Position numbers and translations under genes: made by a program | Assembly (NCBI GenBank): GCA_947500275.1 | Contig: CANMSW010000001.1 | Span: 1-34,091, forward strand | Direction: 5' to 3' | DNA: 34,091 bases | From: Bacteriovoracaceae bacterium | GTDB lineage: Bacteria > Bdellovibrionota > UBA1018 | The notes under the pieces: model-generated | Database searches by the model: none | Told to the model about the DNA's origin: nothing | What the model saw: the letters and a program-made list of their open reading frames with translations, nothing else | Part shown: positions 17,550 to 26,718 of the stretch, in pieces | Layout of the letters: the number at the start of each line of letters is the position of its first letter | How positions within the stretch are numbered: the first letter of the stretch is position 1

Positions 17550-18422
17550 ATGAAGATCAATCTCAAGCCATTTTGCCTAACGCTCGGTTTCAAAAATACG
17601 GCCATCCTTTTTTCGGCCTCTATTTTGGGAGGCCTGTTGATTGCGCCCGAGCAGCCGGCCAATGCAGCCACCGAGCTTGCGAAAGTTAACCAAACCGTAA
17701 TCACGGTCGAGGACTTCGAGAAGAAGTACAAAGAAAACCTCCGATTCTTTCAGCTAAAGGCGCCGACCAAGCAAGGGGTACTAGACGACCTCATCAAGCG
17801 CGAGCTTGGGATTCAGGAAGCGAAGAAACTCGGCATCGATAAAGACCCGGAAATTATCGATCGGATGAATACCGTCCTTTATCATGCGCTTCTCGAGAAA
17901 CGACTGAACAAAGATTTCGAGAAGATCGTGATCTCTGAGTCCGAAGCCAAAGATTACTATCAGAGGAACCCCGAGATCCGAACGTCCCACATTTTCGTGG
18001 CTCTTCGTCCGGACGCCTCTGCTGATGAACAAAAGAAAGCATTGGCTCGCATGACAGAGATCCGCGACACCCATCTCAAACCTGGAAAAATGAGCTTTGC
18101 TGAAATCGCCCAGCGTTTTTCAGACGGTGTGGCTGCTCCCGTAGGCGGGGATCTCGACTACAACACGCGCGACAAGCTAGACCCGGCCTTTTATGACGCC
18201 GCAGTGAAGCTCAAAACACCTGGTGCGACCAGTGGCATCGTACGCTCACAGTTTGGTTACCATATCATCCGTCTCACGGGTGTGCGCCCGTGGTCAGAAA
18301 CTGACCAAGCTCAAACCAAGCGCCTCGTTTACGACGAGAAGCGCAGCGGGATCTTTGAACAGTACATGGCCGACCTAAGAAAACAGGCCAAAGTTTCTGT
18401 TAACCAAACCGCCCTGAAATAA
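17550..18422 (+). CDS. Secreted parvulin-type peptidyl-prolyl cis-trans isomerase (PrsA/PpiC family)
   Basis: Signal-like N-terminus MKINLKPFCLTLGF...PANA. Parvulin core SHIFV...GGDLDY...FGYHIIRL. I preferred the ATG at 17550 over the TTG at 17487, which immediately follows the mfd stop. Confidence 0.8.
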   Translation: MKINLKPFCLTLGFKNTAILFSASILGGLLIAPEQPANAATELAKVNQTVITVEDFEKKYKENLRFFQLKAPTKQGVLDDLIKRELGIQEAKKLGIDKDPEIIDRMNTVLYHALLEKRLNKDFEKIVISESEAKDYYQRNPEIRTSHIFVALRPDASADEQKKALARMTEIRDTHLKPGKMSFAEIAQRFSDGVAAPVGGDLDYNTRDKLDPAFYDAAVKLKTPGATSGIVRSQFGYHIIRLTGVRPWSETDQAQTKRLVYDEKRSGIFEQYMADLRKQAKVSVNQTALK

Positions 18423-18436
18423 CGCGCCACGGCAAC

Positions 18437-18469
18437 CGACTCGGCAGTGGGGGATCCCTTGCCGAGTCG
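18437..18469 (+). other. Perfect 10-bp inverted repeat (stem-loop) in the PPIase/surA-like spacer
   Basis: CGACTCGGCA-(13 nt)-TGCCGAGTCG. There is no U-tract after it. Confidence 0.6.
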
Positions 18470-18533
18470 ATTCAAGACTATGAATCTTACTGCCGAATTG
18501 CGAGTCTTCTGCGCCTGTGGGAGAACCAAGATC

Positions 18534-19610
18534 ATGCGCGCAACAGCTCAAGTTCAGGCACCTCGTCCCACCTTTCTTTCTCCGTATTTTCGAGTCGCTT
18601 ACTCAGGGCTCGCTGCACTCGGGCTCACTTTACCGAACGCCCTCTTACCGGCGATTGCGGCCGTAAGTGCCCCCATAGCCTCGTCGCCGGTCGTCTTGGA
18701 TCGTTTAGAGGCCACCGTAAATGGCGCTCTTCTTTTAAGGACCGACTTAGAAAGCTTCAGAAAATCTTGGGGGCTTCGCCAACAGCTCGACCCCTTATTC
18801 TCAGGAACTCCGCTCTCCCGACTCGGCCCATCCGCGGGCGACGCTCCGATCACTCAGTATCTTGTCGATGAGCGACTGATTCTCAATCTCTTCCCGGTGA
18901 CCGATTCGGAAGTGGATACAGAAATCAACACGATCCAGTCCAACAACCGGATGGATCGAAAAACTCTTCAGTCGGCATTGATGGAGCAAGGTTTCAAATT
19001 TGCAGATTATTTCGAACTGATCCGCGCAGGAATCGCCAAAAGAAATCTCATCGATCGCGAAATTCGGACAAAAGTCAGCATTTCCGACGATGACGTTAAG
19101 AATCAGTTTTACAATCAGTTTGCTAAAGCCTCCCAGGCTCCGCGCTCATTTCACGTGAAAATTATTACCGTCACCCCTTCTAATTACAAATCAGGCTCCG
19201 CAGCACGCGAAGTGATTGAACGCGCTAAGAGCCAAGTGACTGGAGGAGAGTCCTTCGAAGAGGTGGCGAAGTCGATGAGTGACGACTCGTCCGCCACAAA
19301 CGGGGGTGATCTTGGAGTTCTCACCGAAGACCAGATGTCCCCAGCTATTCGCGACGCTCTCAAGAAACTCAGAATCGGAGAGACCAGCGGGGTTCTAGGA
19401 GATCAGAAAAGTAGACTCTTCCTGTTGAAGCTTGTTGATATTGCTTCCTCAGAAACTGAGCGCTACAAGCAGATGAAGGAAGAAATCAGGAATCAATTGG
19501 CAGCATCTGAATATCAGAGACAAATTCAACTCTGGCTTGATCGCCAGCGACAGACGGCCTCCATCCATCTCCATGGCGAAAAATCAGAAAAAGAAGGCGC
19601 CCGCCAGTGA
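18534..19610 (+). CDS. surA: SurA-like periplasmic chaperone / parvulin PPIase
   Basis: Contains a SurA-N-like segment (LDRLEATVNGALLLRTDLESF) and a parvulin domain (FHVKIITV...NGGDLGVL). It sits immediately upstream of pdxA, as in the classic surA-pdxA arrangement. The start is uncertain: GTG 18447, ATG 18480 or ATG 18534. I chose 18534 because it lies past the hairpin and has a GGGAGA RBS. Confidence 0.75.
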   Translation: MRATAQVQAPRPTFLSPYFRVAYSGLAALGLTLPNALLPAIAAVSAPIASSPVVLDRLEATVNGALLLRTDLESFRKSWGLRQQLDPLFSGTPLSRLGPSAGDAPITQYLVDERLILNLFPVTDSEVDTEINTIQSNNRMDRKTLQSALMEQGFKFADYFELIRAGIAKRNLIDREIRTKVSISDDDVKNQFYNQFAKASQAPRSFHVKIITVTPSNYKSGSAAREVIERAKSQVTGGESFEEVAKSMSDDSSATNGGDLGVLTEDQMSPAIRDALKKLRIGETSGVLGDQKSRLFLLKLVDIASSETERYKQMKEEIRNQLAASEYQRQIQLWLDRQRQTASIHLHGEKSEKEGARQ

Positions 19611-20710
19611 GCGGGGTCATTCTCCTTACTCCGGGTGATCCGAGAGGAATAGGACCCGAAATTACTCTCAAAGCACTCAAGGCCCAAACGGCATCGGTTG
19701 GGCAGTTTACCATCGTCGTGATGGGTGCCGAAGCTCCATTCAAAAAACTGCGTGCGCAGTATGAACGCGTCACCGTGGATGACCTCCCCGAAATCGTCCG
19801 GTCGCGCCACCGCGTCCGGAGTACGAATCGATTTCTGTTGGTTCCTGCCCCTGTCGCAGTTCCCAAAGTGACACCCTTTAAGAATTCGCCCTGGCAGAAA
19901 CCAAAGAAATCCGTCCTCGGACCCTCCGCAAGCCTCGGCGGGTTCCAAGCGGGTTGGTCGGTCGAACTCGCCACTCGCCTCGTTCTCAGCGGAGTTGCCT
20001 CCGCACTCGTCACGGGCCCCATCCACAAGGAGCGGCTCCAAGCGGGCGGTTATCCATTTTCTGGCCACACGGATCTACTCGGGCACCTCTCGGGTGTGAA
20101 AACCAACACTATGATGCTCGCGAACGAAATTCTAAGGGTCGCGCTCGTCACGGTCCACACTGCCTTAGCGAACGTCCCAGGCCTCCTTTCCGAAAAAGAA
20201 ATCTTGCGAACGATTGAGCACACGACCCGCGGGCTGCAAGACCGCTGGGGAATTCGCCGCCCTAAAATCGCTATCACGGCCCTCAATCCTCATGCGGGGG
20301 AGGGTGGCCTCTTCGGGTCAGAGGAACAAAAAATCATCACCCCAGCGATAGAGAAGGCTCGAAAACTATTCCATGCAGAACTATCCGGACCGCATCCGGC
20401 TGACACGGTCTTCGCCCAGCAGCTGCAAAAAAAGAAATCTGCTCGTTGGGACGCTGTGATTTGTATGTACCACGACCAAGGGTTAATCCCGGTCAAGCTT
20501 CTTGATTTCCCGAAAACCGTGAATGTAACTTTAGGAATTCCGATGATCAGAACTTCCGTCGATCACGGGACAGCCTTTGATATTGTTGGAAAGAATAAAG
20601 CGGATCCCTCTAGCCTCATTTCAGCCATCAAAATGGCTGAGCAGATGGCCCGTCGACAAAAGAAGAAACCAGCATCTATTAACGAAAAAACGATAAAGAG
20701 CTTCAAATGA
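19607..20710 (+). CDS. pdxA: 4-hydroxythreonine-4-phosphate dehydrogenase
   Basis: Contains TPGDPRGIGPEI, TGPIHK, SGHTD, LNPHAGEGG, MYHDQGL and IRTSVDHGTAFD. GTGA overlap with the surA-like stop. Confidence 0.93.
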   Translation: MSGVILLTPGDPRGIGPEITLKALKAQTASVGQFTIVVMGAEAPFKKLRAQYERVTVDDLPEIVRSRHRVRSTNRFLLVPAPVAVPKVTPFKNSPWQKPKKSVLGPSASLGGFQAGWSVELATRLVLSGVASALVTGPIHKERLQAGGYPFSGHTDLLGHLSGVKTNTMMLANEILRVALVTVHTALANVPGLLSEKEILRTIEHTTRGLQDRWGIRRPKIAITALNPHAGEGGLFGSEEQKIITPAIEKARKLFHAELSGPHPADTVFAQQLQKKKSARWDAVICMYHDQGLIPVKLLDFPKTVNVTLGIPMIRTSVDHGTAFDIVGKNKADPSSLISAIKMAEQMARRQKKKPASINEKTIKSFK

Positions 20711-22164
20711 TATTAAAACCATCGATCATCAATACTCAGATTTTTCGCGAATACGACATCCGCGGGATCGCGGAAAGAGACCTTTCAGCAGAGTTCGCAC
20801 GTTATTTGGGACTCACTTATGCGGAATTTCTTCGAGATCGCTGCGCAGCAACTCTTTCAAAGAAGGCTGGAAACCCTCTCGTTGCCGTCGGTCGCGACTG
20901 CCGCCTGAGCGGAGAAGAATACGCCGAAGCTCTAATCAGCGGACTACGTGCAGGCGGCCTCGACGTCGTCCGAATTGGGGTTTGTCCAACGCCGTTGACC
21001 TATTTCAGCGTCTTCCACTTGAACCTTGACGGGGCAATCATGGTGACGGGATCTCATAATCCCGCCAACTACAACGGCTTTAAAATTTGCGCCGGGAAAG
21101 ACACTCTCCATGGCGCCGATATACAAGACTTGCTCAGAAGAATGGAATCTGGATCTCCGGTCTCTCTTCAAACTCAGTTTGCTCAGGGGTCGATTCAAGA
21201 TCACGCGATTATTCCTGATTACATCCAATACGTCAGCGCGAACGCCGAAAAAGTGAAGAAGGCTAAAATCGTGCTCGATGCTGGAAACGGCACGGCAGGC
21301 ACGGTCGCACCAGAGCTTTTCCGAAAAATGGGGGCCGACGTTGTCGAACTTTACTGCGACCTCGATGGCCGATTCCCCAACCACCACCCGGACCCTACTG
21401 TTCCCGCTAACTTGAAGGCTCTGATTGCGGCGGTGCGCGAGCATAAAGCAGATTTTGGCGTCGCCTTTGATGGCGACTCTGACCGCATTGGTGTTGTAGA
21501 CGAAAACGGAAGAATCCTTTTTGGCGACGAGCTGATGGTTATTCTTTCGCGTGACCTTCTCGCGAGAAAGCCCGGTGCGACGATCATCTCGGAAGTGAAA
21601 TCCAGCCATCGTCTCTATCAAGACATCGCTGCGCGGGGTGGTAAGCCCATCATGTGGAAGACTGGCCACTCCCTCATTAAAAGCAAAATGAAGGAAACTA
21701 AGGCTGAGCTTGCGGGTGAGATGTCAGGGCATATCTTTTTCGCTGATCGGTGGTTTGGTTTCGATGATGCCATCTATGCCGCGACTCGCGTGTATGAGAT
21801 TTATTCGCGTGCTCAGTCCTCATTGTCATCATTGATTCAGGATTTGCCTCCGACTTTCTCCACTCCCGAAATTCGAGTCGAATGTGAAGAGGCGCTTAAG
21901 TTCAAACTCGTCGAGGCGACAAGGCTGCGGCTAGAGTCACTTGATTTTAAACCCAACACCATCGATGGGATCCGCATCGACACCAAAGACGGTTGGGGAC
22001 TGTTACGTGCGTCCAATACGCAGCCAGTTTTGGTCCTTCGATTTGAAGCAACTTCGGAAGGTCGACTTGCCGAACTCAGAACGCTGTTCGAACAAGAACT
22101 TCAATCTGCCGCTCTTGCGATCGGACACCCATCCATCCAAATGGAAGGGACGGCTAGTCATTGA
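20707..22164 (+). CDS. Phosphomannomutase/phosphoglucomutase (alpha-D-phosphohexomutase family)
   Basis: Contains the active-site loop [13 protein letters not shown], the metal loop FDGDSDR and the sugar loop GEMSGH. ATGA overlap with the pdxA stop. Confidence 0.9.
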   Translation: MILKPSIINTQIFREYDIRGIAERDLSAEFARYLGLTYAEFLRDRCAATLSKKAGNPLVAVGRDCRLSGEEYAEALISGLRAGGLDVVRIGVCPTPLTYFSVFHLNLDGAIMVTGSHNPANYNGFKICAGKDTLHGADIQDLLRRMESGSPVSLQTQFAQGSIQDHAIIPDYIQYVSANAEKVKKAKIVLDAGNGTAGTVAPELFRKMGADVVELYCDLDGRFPNHHPDPTVPANLKALIAAVREHKADFGVAFDGDSDRIGVVDENGRILFGDELMVILSRDLLARKPGATIISEVKSSHRLYQDIAARGGKPIMWKTGHSLIKSKMKETKAELAGEMSGHIFFADRWFGFDDAIYAATRVYEIYSRAQSSLSSLIQDLPPTFSTPEIRVECEEALKFKLVEATRLRLESLDFKPNTIDGIRIDTKDGWGLLRASNTQPVLVLRFEATSEGRLAELRTLFEQELQSAALAIGHPSIQMEGTASH

Positions 22165-24821
22165 GCAAACAGACAGGCACTCCTTTACAAGAAAAACGGA
22201 GGGGCAAGGCGTCCCCGAAAGGCGCACTCTCGCCGTCTGCGCCTGATGAGGCGATCGTCGTCAAGCGGGCACAGGTCCATAACTTGAAGGATGTCACGAT
22301 ATCTCTTCCGCGCGACAAACTCGTGGTGCTGACGGGTCCTTCTGGGAGCGGGAAGTCTTCCCTCGCATTTGACACGATTTATGCTGAGGGGCAGCGCCGC
22401 TATGTGGAGAGCTTGTCGGCCTATGCTCGCCAGTTTCTTGAGCAGGTGGGTAAACCCGACGTCGAATCCATTGAGGGGCTAAGCCCCACGATCTCCATCG
22501 AACAAAGAACGACGAGCTATAACCCACGATCGACCGTTGGTACCGTCACTGAAGTTTATGATTACTTGCGACTGCTGTTCGCAAGGATCGGTAAGCCCTA
22601 CTGCTATAACTGCGGGAAGTTGATTCAATCGCAGACTCAACAACAGATTATTGATCAGATCTTATCGCTCGAAGAGGGGGCGAAGCTCGGTCTCATGGCG
22701 CCGATCGTCCGCGGGAGAAAAGGGGAGTACCAGAAGGAACTCCTTCAGCTCCGTCAGCGCGGCTTTGTCCGAGTAAGGATTGACGGGGAAACGCTAGACC
22801 TCTCTGACTCCATCTCGCTAGATCGAAATAAGAAACATGATATCGATGTGTATGTGGATCGGATCATTTTGAAGGGTGATCGGCAAACTCTCACAACACG
22901 CGTGACTGAGTCAGTCGAGCTCGCCCTGAAGCTCGCCGATGGACTCCTCGTGCTCGAGCAGCACCTTCTCAATGGGGAATCGCGCGAGACTCTGATGTCA
23001 GAGCGCTTTGCGTGTCCTGATTGCAACATTAGCTATCCGGCTCCAGAGCCTCGAACATTCTCATTCAACAGTCCAATGGGTGCTTGCTCCAAGTGCGACG
23101 GCTTGGGCACGGATCCCTCTTCTCGCGTGGAAGAAGCGGTCGTTCAATCAGACTCGGAATCGCCATCGTTTTACCGTGAAGTCACCCCTGATTCGCACCC
23201 ATGCTCGGACTGCTCAGGGGCGCGCCTAAGAAAAGAAAGCCTTCACATCCGCGTGTATGATCGGAATATTTCTGATCTCGGTCGGCTTTCTATATCGGAA
23301 CTGAGAGATTACTTTTCGTCCTTGAAGCTCAGTGAGCGTGAGAGCCTGATCGCAAGTCGAATCTTAAAGGAGATCATCGAGCGCCTGTCCTTCTTGATCG
23401 ACGTCGGCGTCCACTATCTATCACTCGGGCGCCCGGCTCAGACGCTTTCTGGCGGTGAAGCTCAGCGTATTCGCCTGGCCACTCAAATCGGATCCTCTCT
23501 AGTCGGAGTCATTTACGTCCTCGACGAGCCAAGCATTGGGCTTCATCAACGCGATAATGAGCGGCTCATCAAAACGCTGCTCCGCCTGCGGGACCTCGGT
23601 AATACCGTTCTTGTCGTCGAACACGATCGGGACACAATGGAGAATGCGGACCATATTGTTGACCTCGGACCTGGTGCAGGAACAAAGGGTGGGGAAGTCG
23701 TCGCCGAGGGGACCTTGGCGGAAATCCTCCGTGCGCGGGATAGCCTCACCGGAAAATACCTCCGAGGGGAATTGGAAATTTCCGTGCCGGCATCCCGTCG
23801 TCCTTGGTCTGCTGATCGGACGCTTAAAGTCATCGATGCGCACGCTAACAATCTAAAGTCGGTGACTGTCGACTTCCCGCTAGGAACTTTTATCTGCGTC
23901 ACGGGCGTTTCCGGAAGCGGTAAAAGTACCCTCGTATTGGACACTCTTTATCGGGGTCTACTCTCACACCTTTATAAGGTCGAAGTCGGTCCTTTAGGCG
24001 CAAAATCCATCGCGGGTCTCGATCATGTCGACAAAGTAATCGACATCGACCAGAGCCCGATAGGAAAGACTCCTCGCTCGAACCCAGCCACATATACGGG
24101 CATTTTCACTTTGATTCGTGATCTCTTTGCAAGCTTGCCCGAGAGCAAGGTGAGGGGGTTCACCCCAGGTCGCTATTCTTTCAACGTCAAGGGCGGAAGA
24201 TGCGAGGCCTGTGAAGGGGATGGTCTAACCCGTATCGAGATGCACTTTCTTCCCGACGTCTTCGTTCAGTGTGAAGCCTGCTCAGGACGCCGGTACAATC
24301 GCGACACCTTGGAGATTAAGTATAAAGGCAAGAGCATCGCAGACGTTTTAGAAATGTCCTCCGAGGACGCTCTCGAGTTTTTCGATGCGATTCCTTCAAT
24401 CAAAGCAAAACTCAAAGTCATGAACGAGGTCGGGCTCGGCTATGTTCGGCTCGGACAAAGCGCAACGACCCTTTCAGGAGGCGAGGCACAACGAATCAAG
24501 CTCGCAAAAGAGTTGTCTAGGAGAAGCACCGGCCGAACGGTCTACATCCTCGACGAGCCCTCCACAGGGCTTCATTTCGACGACGTCAGGAAGCTAGTGC
24601 AAATCCTTCAGTCACTCGTTGACCAAGGAAATACCGTCATCGTGATCGAGCACAATCTTGATATCATCAAGGTTGCAGACCACATCATCGATATTGGGCC
24701 AGAAGGCGGCAAAGCTGGGGGAACGGTCGTAGCCTCTGGATCGCCCGAAGAAATCGTTTCTCACCCGGCCAGCCATACCGGAAGATTTCTGAAACCTTAC
24801 CTTACGCGAAGAGCTCTCTAG
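22161..24821 (+). CDS. uvrA: Excinuclease ABC subunit A (atypically short, with N-terminal basic extension)
   Basis: 886 aa. Contains two Walker A motifs ([18 protein letters not shown]), two LSGGEAQRI signatures and the C-terminal zinc finger CEACEGDG...[12 protein letters not shown] start overlaps the upstream stop (TTGA). Confidence 0.95.
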   Translation: MSKQTGTPLQEKRRGKASPKGALSPSAPDEAIVVKRAQVHNLKDVTISLPRDKLVVLTGPSGSGKSSLAFDTIYAEGQRRYVESLSAYARQFLEQVGKPDVESIEGLSPTISIEQRTTSYNPRSTVGTVTEVYDYLRLLFARIGKPYCYNCGKLIQSQTQQQIIDQILSLEEGAKLGLMAPIVRGRKGEYQKELLQLRQRGFVRVRIDGETLDLSDSISLDRNKKHDIDVYVDRIILKGDRQTLTTRVTESVELALKLADGLLVLEQHLLNGESRETLMSERFACPDCNISYPAPEPRTFSFNSPMGACSKCDGLGTDPSSRVEEAVVQSDSESPSFYREVTPDSHPCSDCSGARLRKESLHIRVYDRNISDLGRLSISELRDYFSSLKLSERESLIASRILKEIIERLSFLIDVGVHYLSLGRPAQTLSGGEAQRIRLATQIGSSLVGVIYVLDEPSIGLHQRDNERLIKTLLRLRDLGNTVLVVEHDRDTMENADHIVDLGPGAGTKGGEVVAEGTLAEILRARDSLTGKYLRGELEISVPASRRPWSADRTLKVIDAHANNLKSVTVDFPLGTFICVTGVSGSGKSTLVLDTLYRGLLSHLYKVEVGPLGAKSIAGLDHVDKVIDIDQSPIGKTPRSNPATYTGIFTLIRDLFASLPESKVRGFTPGRYSFNVKGGRCEACEGDGLTRIEMHFLPDVFVQCEACSGRRYNRDTLEIKYKGKSIADVLEMSSEDALEFFDAIPSIKAKLKVMNEVGLGYVRLGQSATTLSGGEAQRIKLAKELSRRSTGRTVYILDEPSTGLHFDDVRKLVQILQSLVDQGNTVIVIEHNLDIIKVADHIIDIGPEGGKAGGTVVASGSPEEIVSHPASHTGRFLKPYLTRRAL

Positions 24822-24835
24822 GCCCTTCGGCACAT

Positions 24836-24870
24836 AAAAAAAGCCCCGAGCTGATCTCTCAGCCCGGGGC
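24836..24870 (-). terminator. Rho-independent terminator after atpE (hairpin shared with convergent uvrA)
   Basis: Reverse-strand RNA is GCCCCGGGCUGA-gaga-UCAGCUCGGGGC, a 12-bp stem including one G-U pair, followed by UUUUUUU. On the plus strand the same hairpin has an A/C mismatch and no U-tract. Confidence 0.8.
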
Positions 24871-24893
24871 CCAAACTAACAAACAACCTAAAA

Positions 24894-25217
24894 TTAGGTG
24901 TTCGTGATTTTCAAGAATGCGATGACGAATGCCAAGAGAACAAGGGATTCGATCAGAGCGAGAGAAATGATCATTGGAGTGAAGAGTTTGTCCCCAGCTG
25001 CTGGGTTACGAGCAATCCCTTCGAGAGCTGCGGAAGCTGCTTTGCCTTGTGCCGAAGCTCCGCCGAAAACTGCCAAGCCGATTGCGATTGCAGCTGCAAT
25101 TGCACCGTAGCCGCCGCCGGTTGAAGTGGTCGCAGCAGCGACGCCTTCTTCAGCGAAAGCTACAGAGGACAGAGCTACAAAGCCCAAAACTGCCGACATC
25201 AAAATTTTACGAATCAT
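24894..25217 (-). CDS. atpE: F-type ATP synthase Fo subunit c, with N-terminal signal-like extension
   Basis: 107 aa. The core is GLAVFGGASAQGKAASAALEGIARNPAAGDKLFTPMIISLALIESLVLLAFVIAF, a helix-RNP loop-helix with the carboxylate Glu. Confidence 0.92.
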   Translation of the reverse strand: MIRKILMSAVLGFVALSSVAFAEEGVAAATTSTGGGYGAIAAAIAIGLAVFGGASAQGKAASAALEGIARNPAAGDKLFTPMIISLALIESLVLLAFVIAFLKITNT

Positions 25218-25248
25218 GGATTCTTCCTTTCCTTTCTTCTTTCACTAC

Positions 25249-25971
25249 TTAGTGGTCATGCGCTGTCGCCAGCGAAATGTACACCATGGTCATCATACAA
25301 AACACGAACGCTTGGATCAGGGACACGAAAAGACCCATACCCAAAAATATGACCGGTACCAGTAATGGAACCAAGTCACTAAATACACCCATCACAATAT
25401 GGTCGCCGGTGATATTCCAACGGAGACGAAACGCCAACGAGATCGGGCGAATCAGGTGGGAAATCACTTCAATCGCAAACATCAAAGGGGCAAGCCACCA
25501 CACTGGACCCATGAAATGCTTCAAATATCCAAGTCCGTTCGCGCGCAAGCCTCGGTAGTTATAATAAAGGAATACGAAAGAACTGAGAGCAATCGTGGTG
25601 TTCAAATTATCGGTCGGAGGTAAAAAACCAGGAATGAGACCAAACAAGTTACAACTGAAAATGAAAACGAAAAGGGTTCCGATCAACGGGAAATAGATCG
25701 GAGCATCATGCTTACCGAGAACCTGCTCAACGAGCCCGTATAGCTTCTCCGCCACGATCTCAAAAAAGTTCCGAAACGTAAGTTTAGACTCCGGCACTAA
25801 GGCCTCGTCTATATTTTTCATGCGGCGGTTCAATTGCATTGAAGCAATCGAGGTCAACACGGTCAGGACAACCACAATTCCGGCAGCCATCACGACGTGG
25901 TTAGGCGCGTGATCTAAACCCGGCACAAGAGAGAGCCAATTAAACCCATGCTCACTGTGGTTTGAAGCCAT
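25249..25971 (-). CDS. atpB: F-type ATP synthase Fo subunit a
   Basis: 240 aa. Contains LIRPISLAFRLRWNITGDH (essential Arg motif RLxxNxxxGH) and the C-terminal LIQAFVFCMMTMVYISLA. Confidence 0.93.
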   Translation of the reverse strand: MASNHSEHGFNWLSLVPGLDHAPNHVVMAAGIVVVLTVLTSIASMQLNRRMKNIDEALVPESKLTFRNFFEIVAEKLYGLVEQVLGKHDAPIYFPLIGTLFVFIFSCNLFGLIPGFLPPTDNLNTTIALSSFVFLYYNYRGLRANGLGYLKHFMGPVWWLAPLMFAIEVISHLIRPISLAFRLRWNITGDHIVMGVFSDLVPLLVPVIFLGMGLFVSLIQAFVFCMMTMVYISLATAHDH

Positions 25972-26050
25972 GAAACGAACTCTCCTCGTTTACTCAGTTC
26001 TTTTGTTAGCGCTCTGAACTCACTCGACGAGGTCAAAGGGCCAACTCACT

Positions 26051-26458
26051 TCATCCAGAGGTCTCTGTTTCCCTCCAGATCCTCGAAAATGCTCCGAAGA
26101 CCAGGGGAACTGCGATCCAACCGCTCAGGCCAAGCAGGCTGGAAAAAGCCGTTTCAACAGGCCTCTTCCATAAGAGGATGACCACAGTGAGCAAACTTGC
26201 CCCCTTGATGCACCCCCAATAAATCGCCCGACTTCCAAGCAATCTCTTTTGGATGGGGTCCACTGATGACACAGCCCCAGCAAGGTTGGCAAATAATTTT
26301 CCCAGGCTCAACAGGTTCAAACCGCAGAGAATTGCCATCTGCAGAAAGTCCCCCCTATGGAGTGCGCCCATTCTAAACTCTTGGAGAAGGGCTGCCGGCA
26401 AAAACCACATCCCGAACGCGGCGAGACCCACGAACTGTAGGCGGGATATTTTCTTCAT
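26051..26458 (-). CDS. atpI: Small polytopic membrane protein, probable ATP synthase protein I (AtpI-like)
   Basis: 135 aa with about four TM segments, immediately upstream of atpB. The call rests on position and topology only. Confidence 0.45.
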   Translation of the reverse strand: MKKISRLQFVGLAAFGMWFLPAALLQEFRMGALHRGDFLQMAILCGLNLLSLGKLFANLAGAVSSVDPIQKRLLGSRAIYWGCIKGASLLTVVILLWKRPVETAFSSLLGLSGWIAVPLVFGAFSRIWRETETSG

Positions 26459-26718
26459 TTTAGGTCCCGTTTTTCTTCTGGTTTGATGTTTTTCTTGTCC
26501 GTCCTGGGCTGATCGAATTTTCGACCCAAGATTAAGATTTCACGCAGGGAGACCGCCAAGGCCAAGAAAAGGAGAAGTGCGGTCCAAAGAGCTGACAATC
26601 CGAACTGATTATGGAGAAAATACCCTAGCAACGAGGCCCCCGTCAGGCTCCCGATCAGGATCTGCGAAACCTGGACAAACAACGACCACTGGCGCCGGGC
26701 TTCGGGACCTAGGTTCAT
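26455..26718 (-). CDS. Small two-TM membrane protein, AtpZ / 'ATPase gene 1'-like accessory protein
   Basis: 87 aa with two TM segments and a basic tail. ATGA-type overlaps with both neighbours. The call rests on position and topology only. Confidence 0.4.
   Translation of the reverse strand: MNLGPEARRQWSLFVQVSQILIGSLTGASLLGYFLHNQFGLSALWTALLLFLALAVSLREILILGRKFDQPRTDKKNIKPEEKRDLK

Noticed and set aside
19486-20068. Two overlapping 180-aa minus-strand ORFs antisense to pdxA.
   Set aside because: Both are shadow frames of a well-supported pdxA. The products are Arg/Gly/Ser-rich with no motifs and no RBS context.
20944-21669. A 241-aa minus-strand ORF antisense to the phosphohexomutase gene.
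   Set aside because: It is a shadow ORF inside a gene with clear catalytic motifs, and it has no independent signal.
25972-26050. An imperfect inverted repeat (CCTCGT...AGTTC / GAACT...ACGAGG) in the atpI-like/atpB spacer.
   Set aside because: The stems are short (5-6 bp) and interrupted by several mismatches, so this is not distinguishable from chance by eye.
24894-26718. The possibility that this is an N-type (atpDCQRBEFAG) ATPase locus.
   Set aside because: No beta/epsilon genes lie upstream and no b/alpha/gamma genes lie downstream. A strong terminator directly follows atpE. The layout fits a split F-type operon instead.
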